46,509 nucleotides of DNA from Vicugna vicugna (GCA_013265495.1 MU058066.1:1-46509); one strand, 5' to 3'. Counted from the stretch's first letter, positions 1 through 12,810 are shown. Numbers and translations: made by a program. The notes: generated by a model not told the origin, from the letters alone.

Positions 1-1484
1 GCAGGATGTGGACTCAGACAGGCTTCCCAGGTGGCTGAGATGCCATCACTTATGAAGAAGCACTGGCGTGAAATAAAAGTCCTGCAAGTGCTCAGAGGTG
101 GCCACACATCTCCTGTGCAAAAAGGTCAGTCAAGGGGACATAGAGTCCCCAAGTTTACTCCCCTGTGAAGTCGACTTTGGCTACTCTCTGAATACCTTTA
201 CTGAACTGATTTGCTTTGACTTCTAGGGTTGATAGAAACTAAGAACCAAAGTAGGGCTCCTGCATCTCCTGTTGCACCTGAATTCGTCAGTGTTCCTCCC
301 TCTAAGAGCCGCGCAAGCACAGGTTCAGTTAAGCCCACGTTCCTGAAGGAGCGCTGACCACGGAGGTGTCCGGGCTGCAGCCCACTGAGCACCCAGGTCC
401 GTTTCCTCATCAGCAAGTAGCCTCCTTCGCCCAGGTCTGCAGCCCTGCTCTCTTCTGTGATCTTTTCTCATTCTGTTTTGTGGCTCATAGAATTCATTCT
501 CATCTTAAAGGGCTACATTTTAAAACCTGTCTGCTGTAACCTACTTGATATTTTCTGTGAAGTAGGTAAGTCTGCACAGCACATTAACTTTTCAAGATCT
601 CACTTCTCATTATCATGCAATTATGAATGGAAAATAAAACATGAAAAAAGTCATGATAAATTGAATACAGTAATACGTTTATTAAGGTTAGGATGCATGG
701 ATAGACTTTTCTTAACAGAGGATAATTTAACAGCAACCAATTTACAGAATTGATAGTACTACCACATTTCAGCAAACTGAGGACATCAGGAAACTTATAG
801 TTATTTGCTCTGAAAAACCCATTAAATGATCTATCACCTGTGCATAACGTATCACGAATGCAGCTAAGGAAGTTCATAGGAAAAGCGTGATCCCCTCCCC
901 TCTCTGCCCATCCATCTTCCACGAAGCCACAGGCTGTTGCTCACCACACTTGGCATGAGACCTCGAGGCTGCTGCTTCTCCCCCTACATCATAACCGATT
1001 TCAAATGGTGCTAGACAAAAACAGACTCTGAACACCAGGAGAAATCGGTCAGCCTGTGTAAGAGATGGGTCCAGTGGTGCTCCGGGGGGTCCTGCACCTT
1101 GGCAGTGCAGGTGGCAAGTCTGACTTCAGCTGCGCGGCACCTGCAGCTGAACGTTCCAGGGCATCTAGGAGCAGGCGGATGGCGCTGATGTGGGGAGACA
1201 CTCCTCCCGGGACACATACCTCCCCCTTCCCTACTGCAATCCAGTACCCAACCCAGCATTGCCCAGTCACGCGCTCAAAGCCCTGCCAACAGGTTACTGC
1301 TGGCGGCTGCTGCTACCTGTCCTCAGAAAGATAACAACGCCTGGCCCTGCTCAATCCACCGAGTTCACTTTGGACACAACCCAGTCCCTGCACTGTTGCC
1401 TCCACAACCCAACATACTCAAGAGTGACTTTGCTTTTCAAGTTCATCCTTTTTTGAGCCAGCTCAGGCGGCAGGAGGAGGAGAG
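1..1484. repeat. Segmental tandem duplication, copy A of the overlap (matches 45010-46509)
   Basis: Starts GCAGGATGTGGACTCAGACAGG, as at 45010, and is colinear to ...CAGGAGGAGGAGAG. Scattered substitutions (5 in the first 165 nt) and small indels. Near-identical ORF translations (198..416 vs 45135..45431; 457.. vs 45472..). Confidence 0.98.
979..1066 (-). ncRNA. MIR29C: pre-miR-29c hairpin (mature miR-29c-3p at 992-1013)
   Basis: Reverse complement reads ATCTCTTACACAGGCTGACCGATTTCTCCTGGTGTTCAGAGTCTGTTTTTGTCTAGCACCATTTGAAATCGGTTATGATGTAGGGGGA, the 88-nt mir-29c precursor as I recall it. Mature sequence TAGCACCATTTGAAATCGGTTA. Confidence 0.98.
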
Positions 1485-1542
1485 CCGGTCCCACAAGCGG
1501 CAGCTCCTCTGCAGTCGGCCCTTGGCTGTGCTGCAATTCTTA

Positions 1543-1623
1543 CTCCTAAAACACTGATTTCAAATGGTGCTAGATACAAAGATGGAAAAATCTAAGCCAC
1601 CATGTGAAACCAGCTTCCAGAAG
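1543..1623 (-). ncRNA. MIR29B2: pre-miR-29b-2 hairpin (mature miR-29b-3p at 1550-1572)
   Basis: Reverse complement reads CTTCTGGAAGCTGGTTTCACATGGTGGCTTAGATTTTTCCATCTTTGTATCTAGCACCATTTGAAATCAGTGTTTTAGGAG. It lies ~0.5 kb from miR-29c, as in the known cluster next to CD46. Confidence 0.98.
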
Positions 1624-2312
1624 AAGAGGATCTCACTGAAGAAAGAAGGGAGATGCGATCAGAAGACCCAGCCTCTGCCCCGAGCAGTAACGTCTTCTTG
1701 CAGTTCCACTTGTGATGGGACATAATATACGGACCCATTAGAAAGGCAGGGAGGAGACTTACACAGTAATTTCCAAAGAACATGAAAGTCAAAGCTGACA
1801 ATTCACATAGACAGTCGAAATACAGAAACTCACAAATTCTAGGTTAATTTATTCAATTCCACAACCAGTCCCTACAAATTATTATAGAGTAAAATAAAAC
1901 AATCAAAGCTATTATTAAACTGTGTTAACATTGACATCCGTGTTGCCCTGCTTTGTACAGTATTTCACAGTATCCAAATCATTTTCTAATATTATCTCAC
2001 TTCATCAGGAAACAAGCTCCCCGTCTGCCCAGGAGGCTCCAGCCTCATTAATTGAGTTATAGTCATTTTACAATGCTGTGTCAAATTTCAGTGTAGAGTA
2101 CAATTTTTCAGTTATACATGAACATAATTATATTCATTGTCAGTTGTTTTTCGCTGTGAGCTACCACAAGATCTTGTATATATTTCCCTGTGCTGTACAG
2201 TATAATCTTGTTTATCTATTCTACATATTCCTGTCAGTATCTAATATTTTGAAATCCCAGTCTGTCCCTTCCCACCCTCCGCCCCCTTGGCAACCACAAG
2301 TTTGTATTCTAT

Positions 2313-2456
2313 NNNNNNNNNNNNNNNNNNNNNNNNNNNNNNNNNNNNNNNNNNNNNNNNNNNNNNNNNNNNNNNNNNNNNNNNNNNNNNNNNNNNNNNN
2401 NNNNNNNNNNNNNNNNNNNNNNNNNNNNNNNNNNNNNNNNNNNNNNNNNNNNNNNN
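2313..2456. other. Assembly gap (N run); further gaps at 2889-3102, 24723-24797 and 45175-45274
   Basis: Runs of N in the sequence. Confidence 1.
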
Positions 2457-2579
2457 CTTCTTCTTCTTCTTCTTCTTCTTCTTCTTCTTCTTCTTCTTCT
2501 TCTTCTTCTTCTTCTTCTTCTTCTTCTTCTTCTTCTTCTTCTTCTTCTTCTTCTTCTTCTTCTTCTTCTTCTTCTTCTT
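2457..2579. repeat. (CTT)n/(GAA)n microsatellite, about 41 visible units, abutting a gap
   Basis: Pure CTT repeat. Confidence 0.99.
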
Positions 2580-4167
2580 TTTAGATCCCACATATGAGCG
2601 ATCTCATATGGTATTTTTCTTTCCCTTTCTGGCTTACTTCACTTAGAATGACATTCTCCAGGAACATCTATGTTGCTGCAAATGGCGTTATGTTGTCGGT
2701 TTTTATGGCTGAGTAGTATTCCATGGTATAAATGTACCACTTCTTCTTATCCAGTCATCTCTTGATGGACATTTCGGCTGTTTCCATGTCTTGGCTATTG
2801 TAAATAGTGCTGCTATGAACATTGGGATGCAAGTATCTTTTTGAAGTAGGGTTCCTTCTGGATATATGCCCAGGAATGGGATTCCTGGNNNNNNNNNNNN
2901 NNNNNNNNNNNNNNNNNNNNNNNNNNNNNNNNNNNNNNNNNNNNNNNNNNNNNNNNNNNNNNNNNNNNNNNNNNNNNNNNNNNNNNNNNNNNNNNNNNNN
3001 NNNNNNNNNNNNNNNNNNNNNNNNNNNNNNNNNNNNNNNNNNNNNNNNNNNNNNNNNNNNNNNNNNNNNNNNNNNNNNNNNNNNNNNNNNNNNNNNNNNN
3101 NNTGATATTGGGCTTCATGTGTCTATTGATCATTTGTATTTCTTCCTTGGAGAATTGCTTGTTTAGGTCTTCTGCCCATTTTTGGATTGGGTTCTTTGCT
3201 TTTTACTTATTAAGTTGTATGAGCTGCTTATATATTCTGGAGATGAGGCCTTTGTCAGTTTTATTTGCAAAAATTTTCTCCCATTCCTAGGTTGTCGTTT
3301 TGTTTTATTTATGGTTTCCTTTGCTGTACAGAAGCTTGTAAGTTTCATTAGGTCCCATTTGTTTATTCTTTATTCTTGAACTTAATTATAGTGTAATTGA
3401 GGGCAGGTGGGAATCCTAGACAATATTTCTGCATAGAAGAGGGTCATTATTGACTGTACAACATATAAAACTTGGGTGGAGATGGGACAACACCTGTTCT
3501 GCAAGAGGACGGGTGCTTTGATACTTGCTTTGTTTCCTTCACCTCCAGGTGCCTTTAGGGTCTCCATGGAATGGCAGTGGGAGTGGGGTGGGGGAAACTG
3601 GGGATGAACATCCCTGTGGTGCATGTGCCAGACACCTGCATGATTGTGACACCAGCACCATGCTCTCCAGCCCATGAGATGAGAAAACAACTCTTTCCCC
3701 ATGAATGACCTTTGTTGGGAGATGCAGGTAGTCTTTTTCAAAGTGGTGCTCTGTATCTGCTTGATTCTGAGGTTGTAGGGTGTTTCCTCAAAGGGGTCGA
3801 TTCTGTGGAACAATCAGAAGTATACAGGCTGTTCAGTATGCTACATTCCAGCCTGAACCTTTAAAACAGTATATTGAACTCTACACCTAGTCCTAAATTC
3901 TGTTTCTTTCATGGGAAAATCATGTGGAAACCTCTAGAACTCTTCAGTGGCATTGCGCATATAAACACAGATGCCCAGTTTGGTTCAATGGTGAATTATT
4001 CTTGTTATGAATGGTGAGTTGGGAGCACTGTCTCTGGAATGTGAGTTCCAGAACAGCAATGTCAACTTCCCACTCAGTCTTAGATAAGCAAACCAGACAG
4101 ACTATTAACATCTGTACTTCAAAAAAGAAGCAATAAGACTTCTGGGTAGAACAACTATATGGCAATA

Positions 4168-6335
4168 AATTTGTCCTTTCTCTTGTTGATGTGGTGTGTC
4201 ACGTTGATTGATTTGTGTATGTTGAACCATCCTTGTGCCCCTGGGGTGAATCCAACGTAATCATGGTGTATGATATTTTTAATGTTTGTTGGATTCTATT
4301 TGCTAATATTTTGTTAAGGATTTTTGCATCTATGTTCATCAACAATATTGGCCTATAGTTTTCTTTTTTGGTGGTGTCTTTGTCTGGCTTTGGTATTAGG
4401 GTGATGGTGGCTTCATAGAATGAGTTTGGAAGTGTTCCCTCCTTTTCAAACTTTTGGAAGAGTTTGAGAAGGATCAGTATGAACTCTCCTTTGTATATTT
4501 AATAGAATTCCCCAGTGAAGCCATCTGATCCTGGACTTTTGTTTGCAGGGAGTTGTTTTTTTTTTTTTTTCCTGATTCTATTTCACTTCTAGTGATTGGT
4601 CTTCTCAAGTGATCTATTTCTTCTTGATTCATTTTTGGTGAAGTGTATGTTTCTAGAAACTTGCCCATTTTTCTAAGTTGTCCAATTTATTGCCATATAG
4701 TTGTTCTACCCAGAAGTCTTATTGCTTCTTTTTTGAAGTACAGACCCAGAATTACTAGAGCATTACTGAAGAAAAAGAATGAAGCTAGAAGAATAACCCT
4801 CCCAAACTTCAGGCAATACTACAGAGCAACAATAATCAAAACTGCATGGTATTGGTACAAAAATAGGCAAATGGATCAATGCAACATAATAGACAACCCA
4901 GAATAAATCCACAAACTTTCAGTCAATTAATCTTTGACAAAGGAGTCAAGAACATAGAGTGGAGTAAAGACAGTTTCTTCAGCAAATGGTGTTGGGAGAA
5001 CTGGATAGCTGCATGTAAATCAATGAAGTTAGAACACTCCCTCACCCTGTACACAAAAATAAACACAAAATGGCTTAAAGACTGAAACATAAAACAAGAC
5101 ACTATACACTTCTTAGAAGAAAACATAGGCAAAATATTATCCAACATAAATCTCAGCAATATTCTCCTAGGGCAGTCTACCCAAGCAATAAAAATAAAAG
5201 CAAAAATAACAAATGGGACCTAATTCAACTTATAAGCTTTTGCACAGCAAAGGAAACTATAAGCAAAACAAAAGGACAACCAACAGAATGGGAGAAAATA
5301 TTTGCAAAAGGGCTTAATCTCCAGAATATATAAACAGCTCACACAACTTAATAAGAAAAAACAAACAACCCAATCCAAAAATGGGCAGAAGACATAAACA
5401 AGCAATTCTCCAATGAATATATACAAATGGAGGCACATGAAAAAATGCTCAGTATCACTAATTATCAGAGAAATGCAAATCAAAACTACAATGAGATATC
5501 ACCTCATACCAGTCAGAATCACCATCATTCAGAAGTCCACAAATCATAAATACTGGAGAGGGTGTGGAGAAAAGGGAACCCTTCTACACTATTGGTGGGA
5601 GTGCAGTTTGGTGCAGCCATTATGGAAAACAGTATGGAAATTCCTCAAAAAACTAAAAATAGACTTACCATATAATCCAGCAATCTGATTCCTGAGCAAA
5701 TATCCAAAGGGGACTTTATAAAAAAGGATATATGCACCCCAACGTTCATATCAGCACTGTTTACAATAGCCAAGACATGGAAACAATGTAAATGTCCATC
5801 AACAGATGACTGGATAAAGATGCTGTGCATATTTATACAATGGAATACTACTCAGCCATAAAAATAATAAAATAATGCCATTTGCTGCAGCATGGATGAA
5901 CCTGGAGATTATCATTAAGTGAAGTAAGCCAGAAAGAGAAAGAAAAATACCACATGATATCACTTATATGTGGAATCTTAAAAAAAAAAAAAAAGACAAA
6001 CTTATTTACAAAACAGAAACTGACTCACAGACATAGAAAACAAACTTATGGTTACCAAGTGGGAAGGGGATGGGAAGGGATATATCAGAAGTTTGAGATT
6101 TGCAGATATTAACAATATATATAAAATAGATAAACAAGTTTATGCTGTACAGCACAAGGAACCATATTCAACATCTTGCAGTAACATATGGTGAAGAAGA
6201 ATATGAAAACAAATGTATGTATGTTCTTATGTGAGTGACGTATTGTGCTGTACATAAGAAATTGACACATTGTAAAATGACTGTACTTCAATAAAATGTA
6301 TTTTTAAAATTTTAAATTAAAAAAATAAAAAATAA
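4168..6335 (+). mobile_element. 5'-inverted L1: ~4168-4705 antisense ORF2 piece joined to ~4735-6335 sense ORF2 3' end, 3'UTR and A-rich tail
   Basis: Minus ORF 4474..4668 [29 protein letters not shown]. Plus ORFs [70 protein letters not shown] and A-rich end near 6290-6335. Confidence 0.9.
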
Positions 6336-7269
6336 AAGTTGAGGGTACTGGCCTACCAATATGTTTACTCACATTGATTGACCTTTTTATTCTTTGGCAA
6401 CTAATTGCAAGAAATTGTCAGCTCCTTTTGTTTGCTCTTTAATACCTGTCCTGTTACTTTTCTTTTAATTGTCATACAGATTTACTTGCAATTCTACAAA
6501 TAAATCTTGCTTACTGCTAATTTTCCAGCTATGTTTGGGAGATTGTTTCAACAGAAAATATTTTCCCTTTATCCATTTCATCTAACCAATACCTTACCAT
6601 CGCAAGTCTAATGACATTCACTGTTTCCAAGAGTTTGGTACCTAATGCTCCCCTGTCCTTGTCTTTTTCATTCATTTAGTTGTCAAGGGCAATAAAACAT
6701 TTAGTTGCTCAAGGGCAAGGGCCCCACAGAGTTGAGACCCAAAATGATAATGACGCGGTGTTAACAGCTTACCTTCCCCAGGGGTGCTGTCCTAGGAGAA
6801 GAGGGAGACTAGTTGACATTAGCTGCTGGGAGAACAAAGGCCAAACCTCTCGTGATCCTGAAATCTATCGGGCCATGAGAGACTTCAGGAGCAGATCACT
6901 CCCACGGAAATCTCAACTCTATTCCCGAATTACGCCTGATTAATGCCAAATACTGAGCAGGGGCCCAGGACCAAAGTGGAGTCCTGAGGGGTGTCTGCCC
7001 CATCGGTGACCCGCTGCCCTGGGCGCCAGGTTTCTCTTTTCAGGTCAATGCACTCCATTCTTTAATCCAACATTCTGGAAAAAGACAAAGATGACCTCGC
7101 CAGCCGTAGATTGCTTTCTACCTTCCTGCATCAGGGGGAAGTCTGTTTACAAAGCAGCAGGGAACCAGCCACTTCCCTAAAGGGGTTTCAATGTTCCCAT
7201 AGATTTGCTGAGGGAGGAGCCAGAGACGGGCCCCATGAGGAAGTCTCAAAGCTGTCCTCGCGCAGTAAG

Positions 7270-7516
7270 GGTTACGCTCCAATCAGGGCGGTACTCTACC
7301 TCTCCAGGCCAAAGAGCCGCCAGGGCGCCAACGCCCCGCCTTACAGCCCGCCCATTAGCCCCGCCAGACCCTCACATTCATCCTTGGAGTGGCCCAGGCC
7401 ACGCCCATCTGCATGACCACACTTGACACAGAATCTGGGGATTATTGCGTCTGGCAACTGAACACATAAAGGTCTCTTCTGGGCTGGTGTCAGATTTCCC
7501 CTTGATCTCCTGGAAA
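7270..7516 (+). promoter_or_regulatory. TATA-less GC-rich promoter/5'UTR of the CD46-like gene
   Basis: CCAAT at 7279-7283, GGGCGG at 7286-7291, GC boxes CCCGCC at ~7334-7340, 7347-7353 and 7359-7365, and local CpG enrichment directly upstream of the ATG. Confidence 0.75.
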
Positions 7517-7637
7517 ATGAGAGCATCTTATGCCCCTCGCAAGGAGCCTCCATCCTGCCCCAAGAGTCCCCCTTTTCCTTGGCGCTTCGTGGGGATTCTT
7601 TTGCTAGCCCTAGTGCTACCAATACACATGATCTCTG
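7517..7637 (+). CDS. CD46: CD46-like exon 1, signal peptide MRASYAPRKEPPSCPKSPPFPWRFVGILLLALVLPIHMIS
   Basis: AAAATGA start, long n-region plus hydrophobic core resembling bovine/porcine CD46 leaders, phase-1 donor G|GTAGGA at 7638. Confidence 0.92.
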
Positions 7638-10600
7638 GTAGGAGCCGGGAGAATGACCCACGTAGTAAACGAGCGTGTAGGGGAGGACGGAGGGTGGAGG
7701 GACCATCGCTTGGCGGCTCGGGGCCGAGGTGCCAGGCTGGCGTCCTTAAGAGTTAAGGTGGAAGGCATGGCCAGAGTGTCCCTGAGTCTTCCTGTTGGTA
7801 CCCACGGGGGAGGGGACCACATTGTGATCCAGGAGAAGATTTGCTTGGAGGTGGACGCTGAGTGTTGTGGGCTGGTGATCACCGCAGGAGTTTACCCAGG
7901 GCCAAGCTGGGTCCCTAGCAGAAGCTTGGAGGGTGTTTTCAGGACTGAGCCAGCTCAGGACAGGAACGTGGACCTGGTGATGGTGGGGACTGCTTGCTCC
8001 TGAGTACCCAGTGCTGCAGATGTTGCCAGGCTGGTGCTGTGCCTATGCGGAGGGTTTGCCTGTGGCCCTGGGTGGGGTGACACCTTATGTGTAGGGTGTT
8101 TGTGCCCTAGTCAGCTGAGACTGGGGAGCCTGGGCCGAGTGTACCCCAGTATGTGCTTTGTGGAAGTTGTCAGCCCAGTCGTGCCCAGGGTGGGACAAGG
8201 AAATGAACTATTTGCAGCATGGGGCTTAACAAAACAACAAAAAAAAAAAAAAAAGACAGCCAAACCTAGTGAAAAATGAGATCCTGAAAATGAACTATAA
8301 ATGATGTCCATGTATTTTTCCCATGTAGCTGAGAGACTAAAGCGGAGGTTCATTCACTAAGTTTGTTTTTCCTTTTTCGTGTTTCATAGAATTGAGTAAA
8401 TACTTTAAATATATGCTAAAAAAGACATGCTTAATGTAGAAAACATTCACAAGGAACAAGGAACACCCATTTTAAAAACTTTGGTATATTTCCTCCTGTC
8501 TTTATATGTAGATGTCTTTCCAGGCCCAAGTTATTTTTAGGATCCTATTACATATACAGTTTGTATTCTGCATTTTTTCCTTAGCAGCATTCAGCCCCCA
8601 AATATTTGCTTTCTATATGCCAGGTCCTGAGCTGGTCATGAGGATGCACTGGTGAGCAATAACACACCATTCCTATTTTCATGAGCCTTCGTCCACTATT
8701 TGTCTGTGCACACACACCGAATACATGCAGGGGCTGTGTTTTGCTCTCTGTGAGATCCCCGGTGCCAGGCACACATTAGGAAATCAAATATTTGCTAAAA
8801 TGTATTGGGTGTGGCAGACAGGAGGCAAAACATAATACTAATGAATATGTTATAACCCAAGAGAGGCCTGGAGGAAGGGAGCAGGATTCTCTGACAGCAT
8901 ATAACAAATGCCTGGTGCAAGGGGAGACTTTTCTGCTCATCAGACAGCCCAAACTCTGCCACTTTGGTGCTTCTACACTTGCTGTTCCCGTGGCCTTGGA
9001 ACATTCTCCTCTGCCTCTTGGGTTATTGACTCCTTCTTATTCTTACTTGGTTGTGATGCCCCCTCCTCAGAGGGACCTTCTCTGAGCCACTATTTCCAGT
9101 AGAAATACACACTCTAGCTCAAATCCTCCCTAACTGGTAGTCACCCTCCCAAACTATGTTTTCTGTTCCCTCCTCACTAGACTGCAGGGATCTTAGCTGT
9201 CTTGTCACACTGGTGGTTCCACATGACCATTTTCTTTTGCCGCATTATCAACACTCTTGTATCACTATCAAATACTAGAAAATTAAAGGTAACATTTGGC
9301 TGGGGCTTACAGCCCAGGAGAAACTTCTCCTTCCAGGAGGAAGGTTCTCTAAAGACCCATGCTTAGGATGGCCTTTCTGTGGTGCCTACAAATCTAAGGC
9401 CAGGGCAGCTGAGGTTCAGAAAGGATCAATCTTCCCCTGATTGTAGGCTCCTCAGGGCTCACAATTGTCCAGTCTTGCTTGTTACTGAGTATTTGAAAAC
9501 TTCATTTCTAGGTAGGAGTGGTGCGGGTGATGGAACAGTGGTAGTAAGAAGAAATCACAAGGAATATTTGAAAGAATAATAATGTTTAGAGCAAAAAGCT
9601 TAAAGGTAGAAGTTGAAGGAGATGATGAAAACTATTAAAATGGAGGAAAATGGATGAAGTAAAATGAATAGGATGCATCATGGAAGGTAACAGAACTAGA
9701 AATGAAAAGGAGGAAAACAAGTTTAAGTTTGAGGCTGAAAGGTGAATCAGGAGAGATAGGAGACTTAGATAAAGTACCATCGAGAACCCACTATACCATG
9801 TAGGGAAAGCATTGGATAAAACAAACATTTCGCTGAAGCAGCTCACAATGAGGTTTTGTAAGCAGACAGTGTTGTACCCGGGAGCCCTGCCACCTCAGAG
9901 GTAGTTGCCAAATGGTAGGAGATCACAAAAGGGACCCTTTGTGGAATTTCAGGGTGAGTCTCATTGCTCCATAATGGGTCTGCGTTTGGGGACAAAACCC
10001 GCAGTCTCCGTTTATGTGTGATCTCTTCTGCTTATTTTTGGTGTTTTGATTCTTCCTAATGAAAGAAGCCAAGATCAATAAGTGCTTCCACTGTAGTTTC
10101 TTGGTTTCCTTACTGTACGTATTACAGTACAAGGAGAACAGTGCGTATTGGTCAATTGCTAGGTTACCATAATTAATACTGGCAGACAGGAAACAAAACA
10201 AATTAGGTAGTCAAATCTTCCTCCAGTGCATAAAGCTTTAAGATGATTAATTTCAATATTAGATTCATTATATTCTGTTCTTTACCATTGTTTTCTGTTT
10301 GACAGCAGTGGTACCTGAAAACCAAAGTCTTGTGAATAGCTATGATGCAGAACATACTGGGCTAGGTATCGTGGCCACATGGATGAGCGGAGCCCACTAT
10401 ATTATGTATTAAACACAAAAACACGTGATAGTGAGCTGAGAGAGCCATGCAGAGGAGAGTCCAAGAGAAGGGGCTGGTCACTGCCTCCCCACAGGAAGCA
10501 GAGGGTACTTCCTAGAGGAGATGTTGAGTGGATTATGTCAAGGAAGATGAGAGCTGAGCAGGGGTTGCTCCTGAGCAGGAGGAAGGGTGCTCAGAGCAGA

Positions 10601-10959
10601 GGGAGCAGTGTGAGCAAAGGCTGAGAGATGTGGCAGGGCTCATGGACTGCCTAGCTACCCAGTGTGGCAACAGTAGGCAAAGAAGGCCAGAGGAAGGCCA
10701 AGGAGTAGATCACAGAGTGAATAGTTATGGGAAAACAGGATAGTTAGGAAAGAACAAAGACTATCATAAAATTCAGACTATGATGTCATTCCTTGTTCTT
10801 TTGGGGCAATTTGAGATCTTTCATTTGATTTAGCATGATGCAAATCTAACCTAAGTTTCCTTTAACTTCCCCGGGCTCAATAGAAGCCCGTTTCTTGAGG
10901 AGTAAATTGCAGACAGACTTTGCTGGCATAACCATACAAGGGTTCCAGATGACAGCCAG

Positions 10960-11180
10960 TGATGGAAATTAGTGCTGGTAGTGGAACCAGCCTGCCTGGC
11001 TTGACCCTGGTCTGCTACCTATTGGAAACATATTTTTGGGCAAGCTGCTTCAACTTGCCATGGCTCAGACTGCTCATCTTAAAGAAGTGGAAACAGTACC
11101 CAACTCATAGGAAGATTATGAAGGATAAGTTCGTTTAAAACCACTAAAATAATGATTATCACAGGTAGTCCTTAACTGGA
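10960..11180 (+). mobile_element. MIR SINE relic
   Basis: MIR-core-like TTGGGCAAGCTGCTTCAACTT...CTCAG...CTCATCT..AA...AGTACCCAACTCATAGG. Boundaries approximate. Confidence 0.6.
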
Positions 11181-11289
11181 TATTTTTAAAATGATTAATA
11201 TCACCACTGTTGTTCTAAGAAACAAGTTCTGGAGTTGTCTATTACCAATCTTTAGGAAAAAATTTCATAAACTCTTTCGAGTTCACTGT

Positions 11290-11375
11290 TTTGTTTTTTT
11301 TTTACTTTTTTTTAAATTGAAGTATAGTCAGTTTACAATGTTGTGTCAATTTCTGGTGTACCACACAATGTTTCA

Positions 11376-11426
<51 letters not shown>

Positions 11427-11662
11427 GTTTTCAGGTTCTTTTTCACCATAAAGTGGTGAAAAAGATATAAGCTACAAGATATCTAATATATACCATAAAC
11501 TATTTATCTGTTTTATATATACCAGCAATATCTGCAAATCTTGAACTCCCAGTTTATCCCTTCCAATCCCCTTCCCCTCTGGTAAACATAAGTTTGTTTT
11601 CTATATCTGTGAGTCTGTTACTCTTTTATAAATAAGTTCATTTGTCTTTTATTTTTAGATTT
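11290..11662 (-). mobile_element. 5'-truncated L1 3'UTR insertion with (TA)n (~11379-11423) and a target-site duplication
   Basis: T-rich tail then TTGAAGTATAGTCAGTTTACAATGTTGTGTCAATTTCTGGTGTAC. GAGTTCACT is repeated at ~11279 and ~11663. Confidence 0.85.
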
Positions 11663-12810
11663 GAGTTCACTTTTAACAATGTTAAAATCCTATTTTTAAT
11701 CTTAGAAGTAATGTAGAATGGGTTTAAAATAAGATAAAAAATATTTTGACTTGAAAGAAATTAAAAATTCTGATAAAGGGAAACAGTTGTAAATTAACCA
11801 ATAGAAAAGAAAAAAAATGGAAACAGGCACAAAAACAGAAGTGAAAAAAGTGATGATTTGAAGATATTACTGGAATAGTTTGCTGAACAGTAATGAATTT
11901 GAATTTTGCTCCAAGAGGGTGCAGAACTGATAACACTGCTCCTTCAGCTCTGGCACGAGGCACTGGAAATGCAGTGACAAATGAGACATGGTGCTAAGAA
12001 GGTTACAGCCTCTTGGGAGTATAAGCAATAATCAATTACAGTGTGAAAAGTGCTGTGAAAGAACTAAATTGGGGCATCATGAGGAAACTTCACCCAGTTT
12101 TTTGAGCGACATGTCAAGAGCCTTAAGAAAGATGTGGCATCTGAGAGGAAACTGAAAGATGAGTGGGTGGGAGGAATGGCAGGGTCTGTTGTCAAAGCTG
12201 AAGTGACACGGTGCATGGAGGTCGAGCGTGCTGCAGTAAGTTATTTAGTGGGCACGGCGAGTGGAGTTGAATGGGGCTTAGAGCAGCGTGCTGGAGTGAG
12301 CTGGTGTTAAAGCTCTCCGAGCTGTGGCATGGAGCCTTATAGACTTTCCACGAGGGCAACAGGGAGTCACTGAAAGGATTTGACTTGGAAGAGCCTTGGC
12401 CAATGCACCGTGTCAGTATTACTCGGGTAGCACTGTGAAAGTGACCTAAATGACAGGTAGAAAGACTGGTAAGGAGATCTACTCAGGGACTCTTGTTGCA
12501 ATCCAGAAAAGAAATGAGAGTGGCTTGAATTAAAAGTAGACAGTACACCAGAGACTGACACAATGTATCTGACTATACTTCAATAAAAAACAAAACAACA
12601 AGAAAATAATGAAGTAGAGATAGAAACAGATGGAACAGGTATTTTTCAGTTGTGGAAACCGTGTTCTTGTGTGCCGGGTGTAAGAGTCAAAAGAGACCAC
12701 ACTGAGGCTTCATTGTGTTATTTGAGAGAGCGTAATACATTCCAAGTGCAGCCATGCTGGGGAGGCAACTGAATACATAGATGAGGCATCCCAGCTAGAG
12801 ATGTGGGATG

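Larger units (their letters stand above)
2050..3375 (-). mobile_element. L1 3' portion (3'UTR and ORF2 C-terminus), interrupted by N gaps and a (CTT)n tract
   Basis: L1 3'UTR-type text (GCTGAGTAGTATTCCAT, GGCTATTGTAAATAGTGCTGCTATGAAC). Minus-strand ORF 3163..3348 [19 protein letters not shown] is typical of L1 ORF2. Confidence 0.9.

Noticed and set aside
198..1801. Short ORFs in the miR-29 flank, repeated at 45135-46314
   Set aside because: No recognisable protein motifs. The frames differ between the two duplicate copies (457..753 is truncated in copy B), and the region is pri-miRNA/non-coding.
2078..3166. Poly-S/K/F/R and X-filled ORFs
   Set aside because: Artefacts of the (CTT)n microsatellite and N gaps.
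4474..5830. Reverse-transcriptase-related ORF fragments as a novel retroelement or gene
   Set aside because: Ordinary frameshifted L1 ORF2 pieces. The same applies to 24896..25213 and 17962..18267 (ORF1).
7445..8003. ORFs 7445..7756 and 7653..8003 as standalone genes
   Set aside because: Only 7517-7637 is the signal-peptide exon. The rest is GC-rich 5'UTR or intron read-through.
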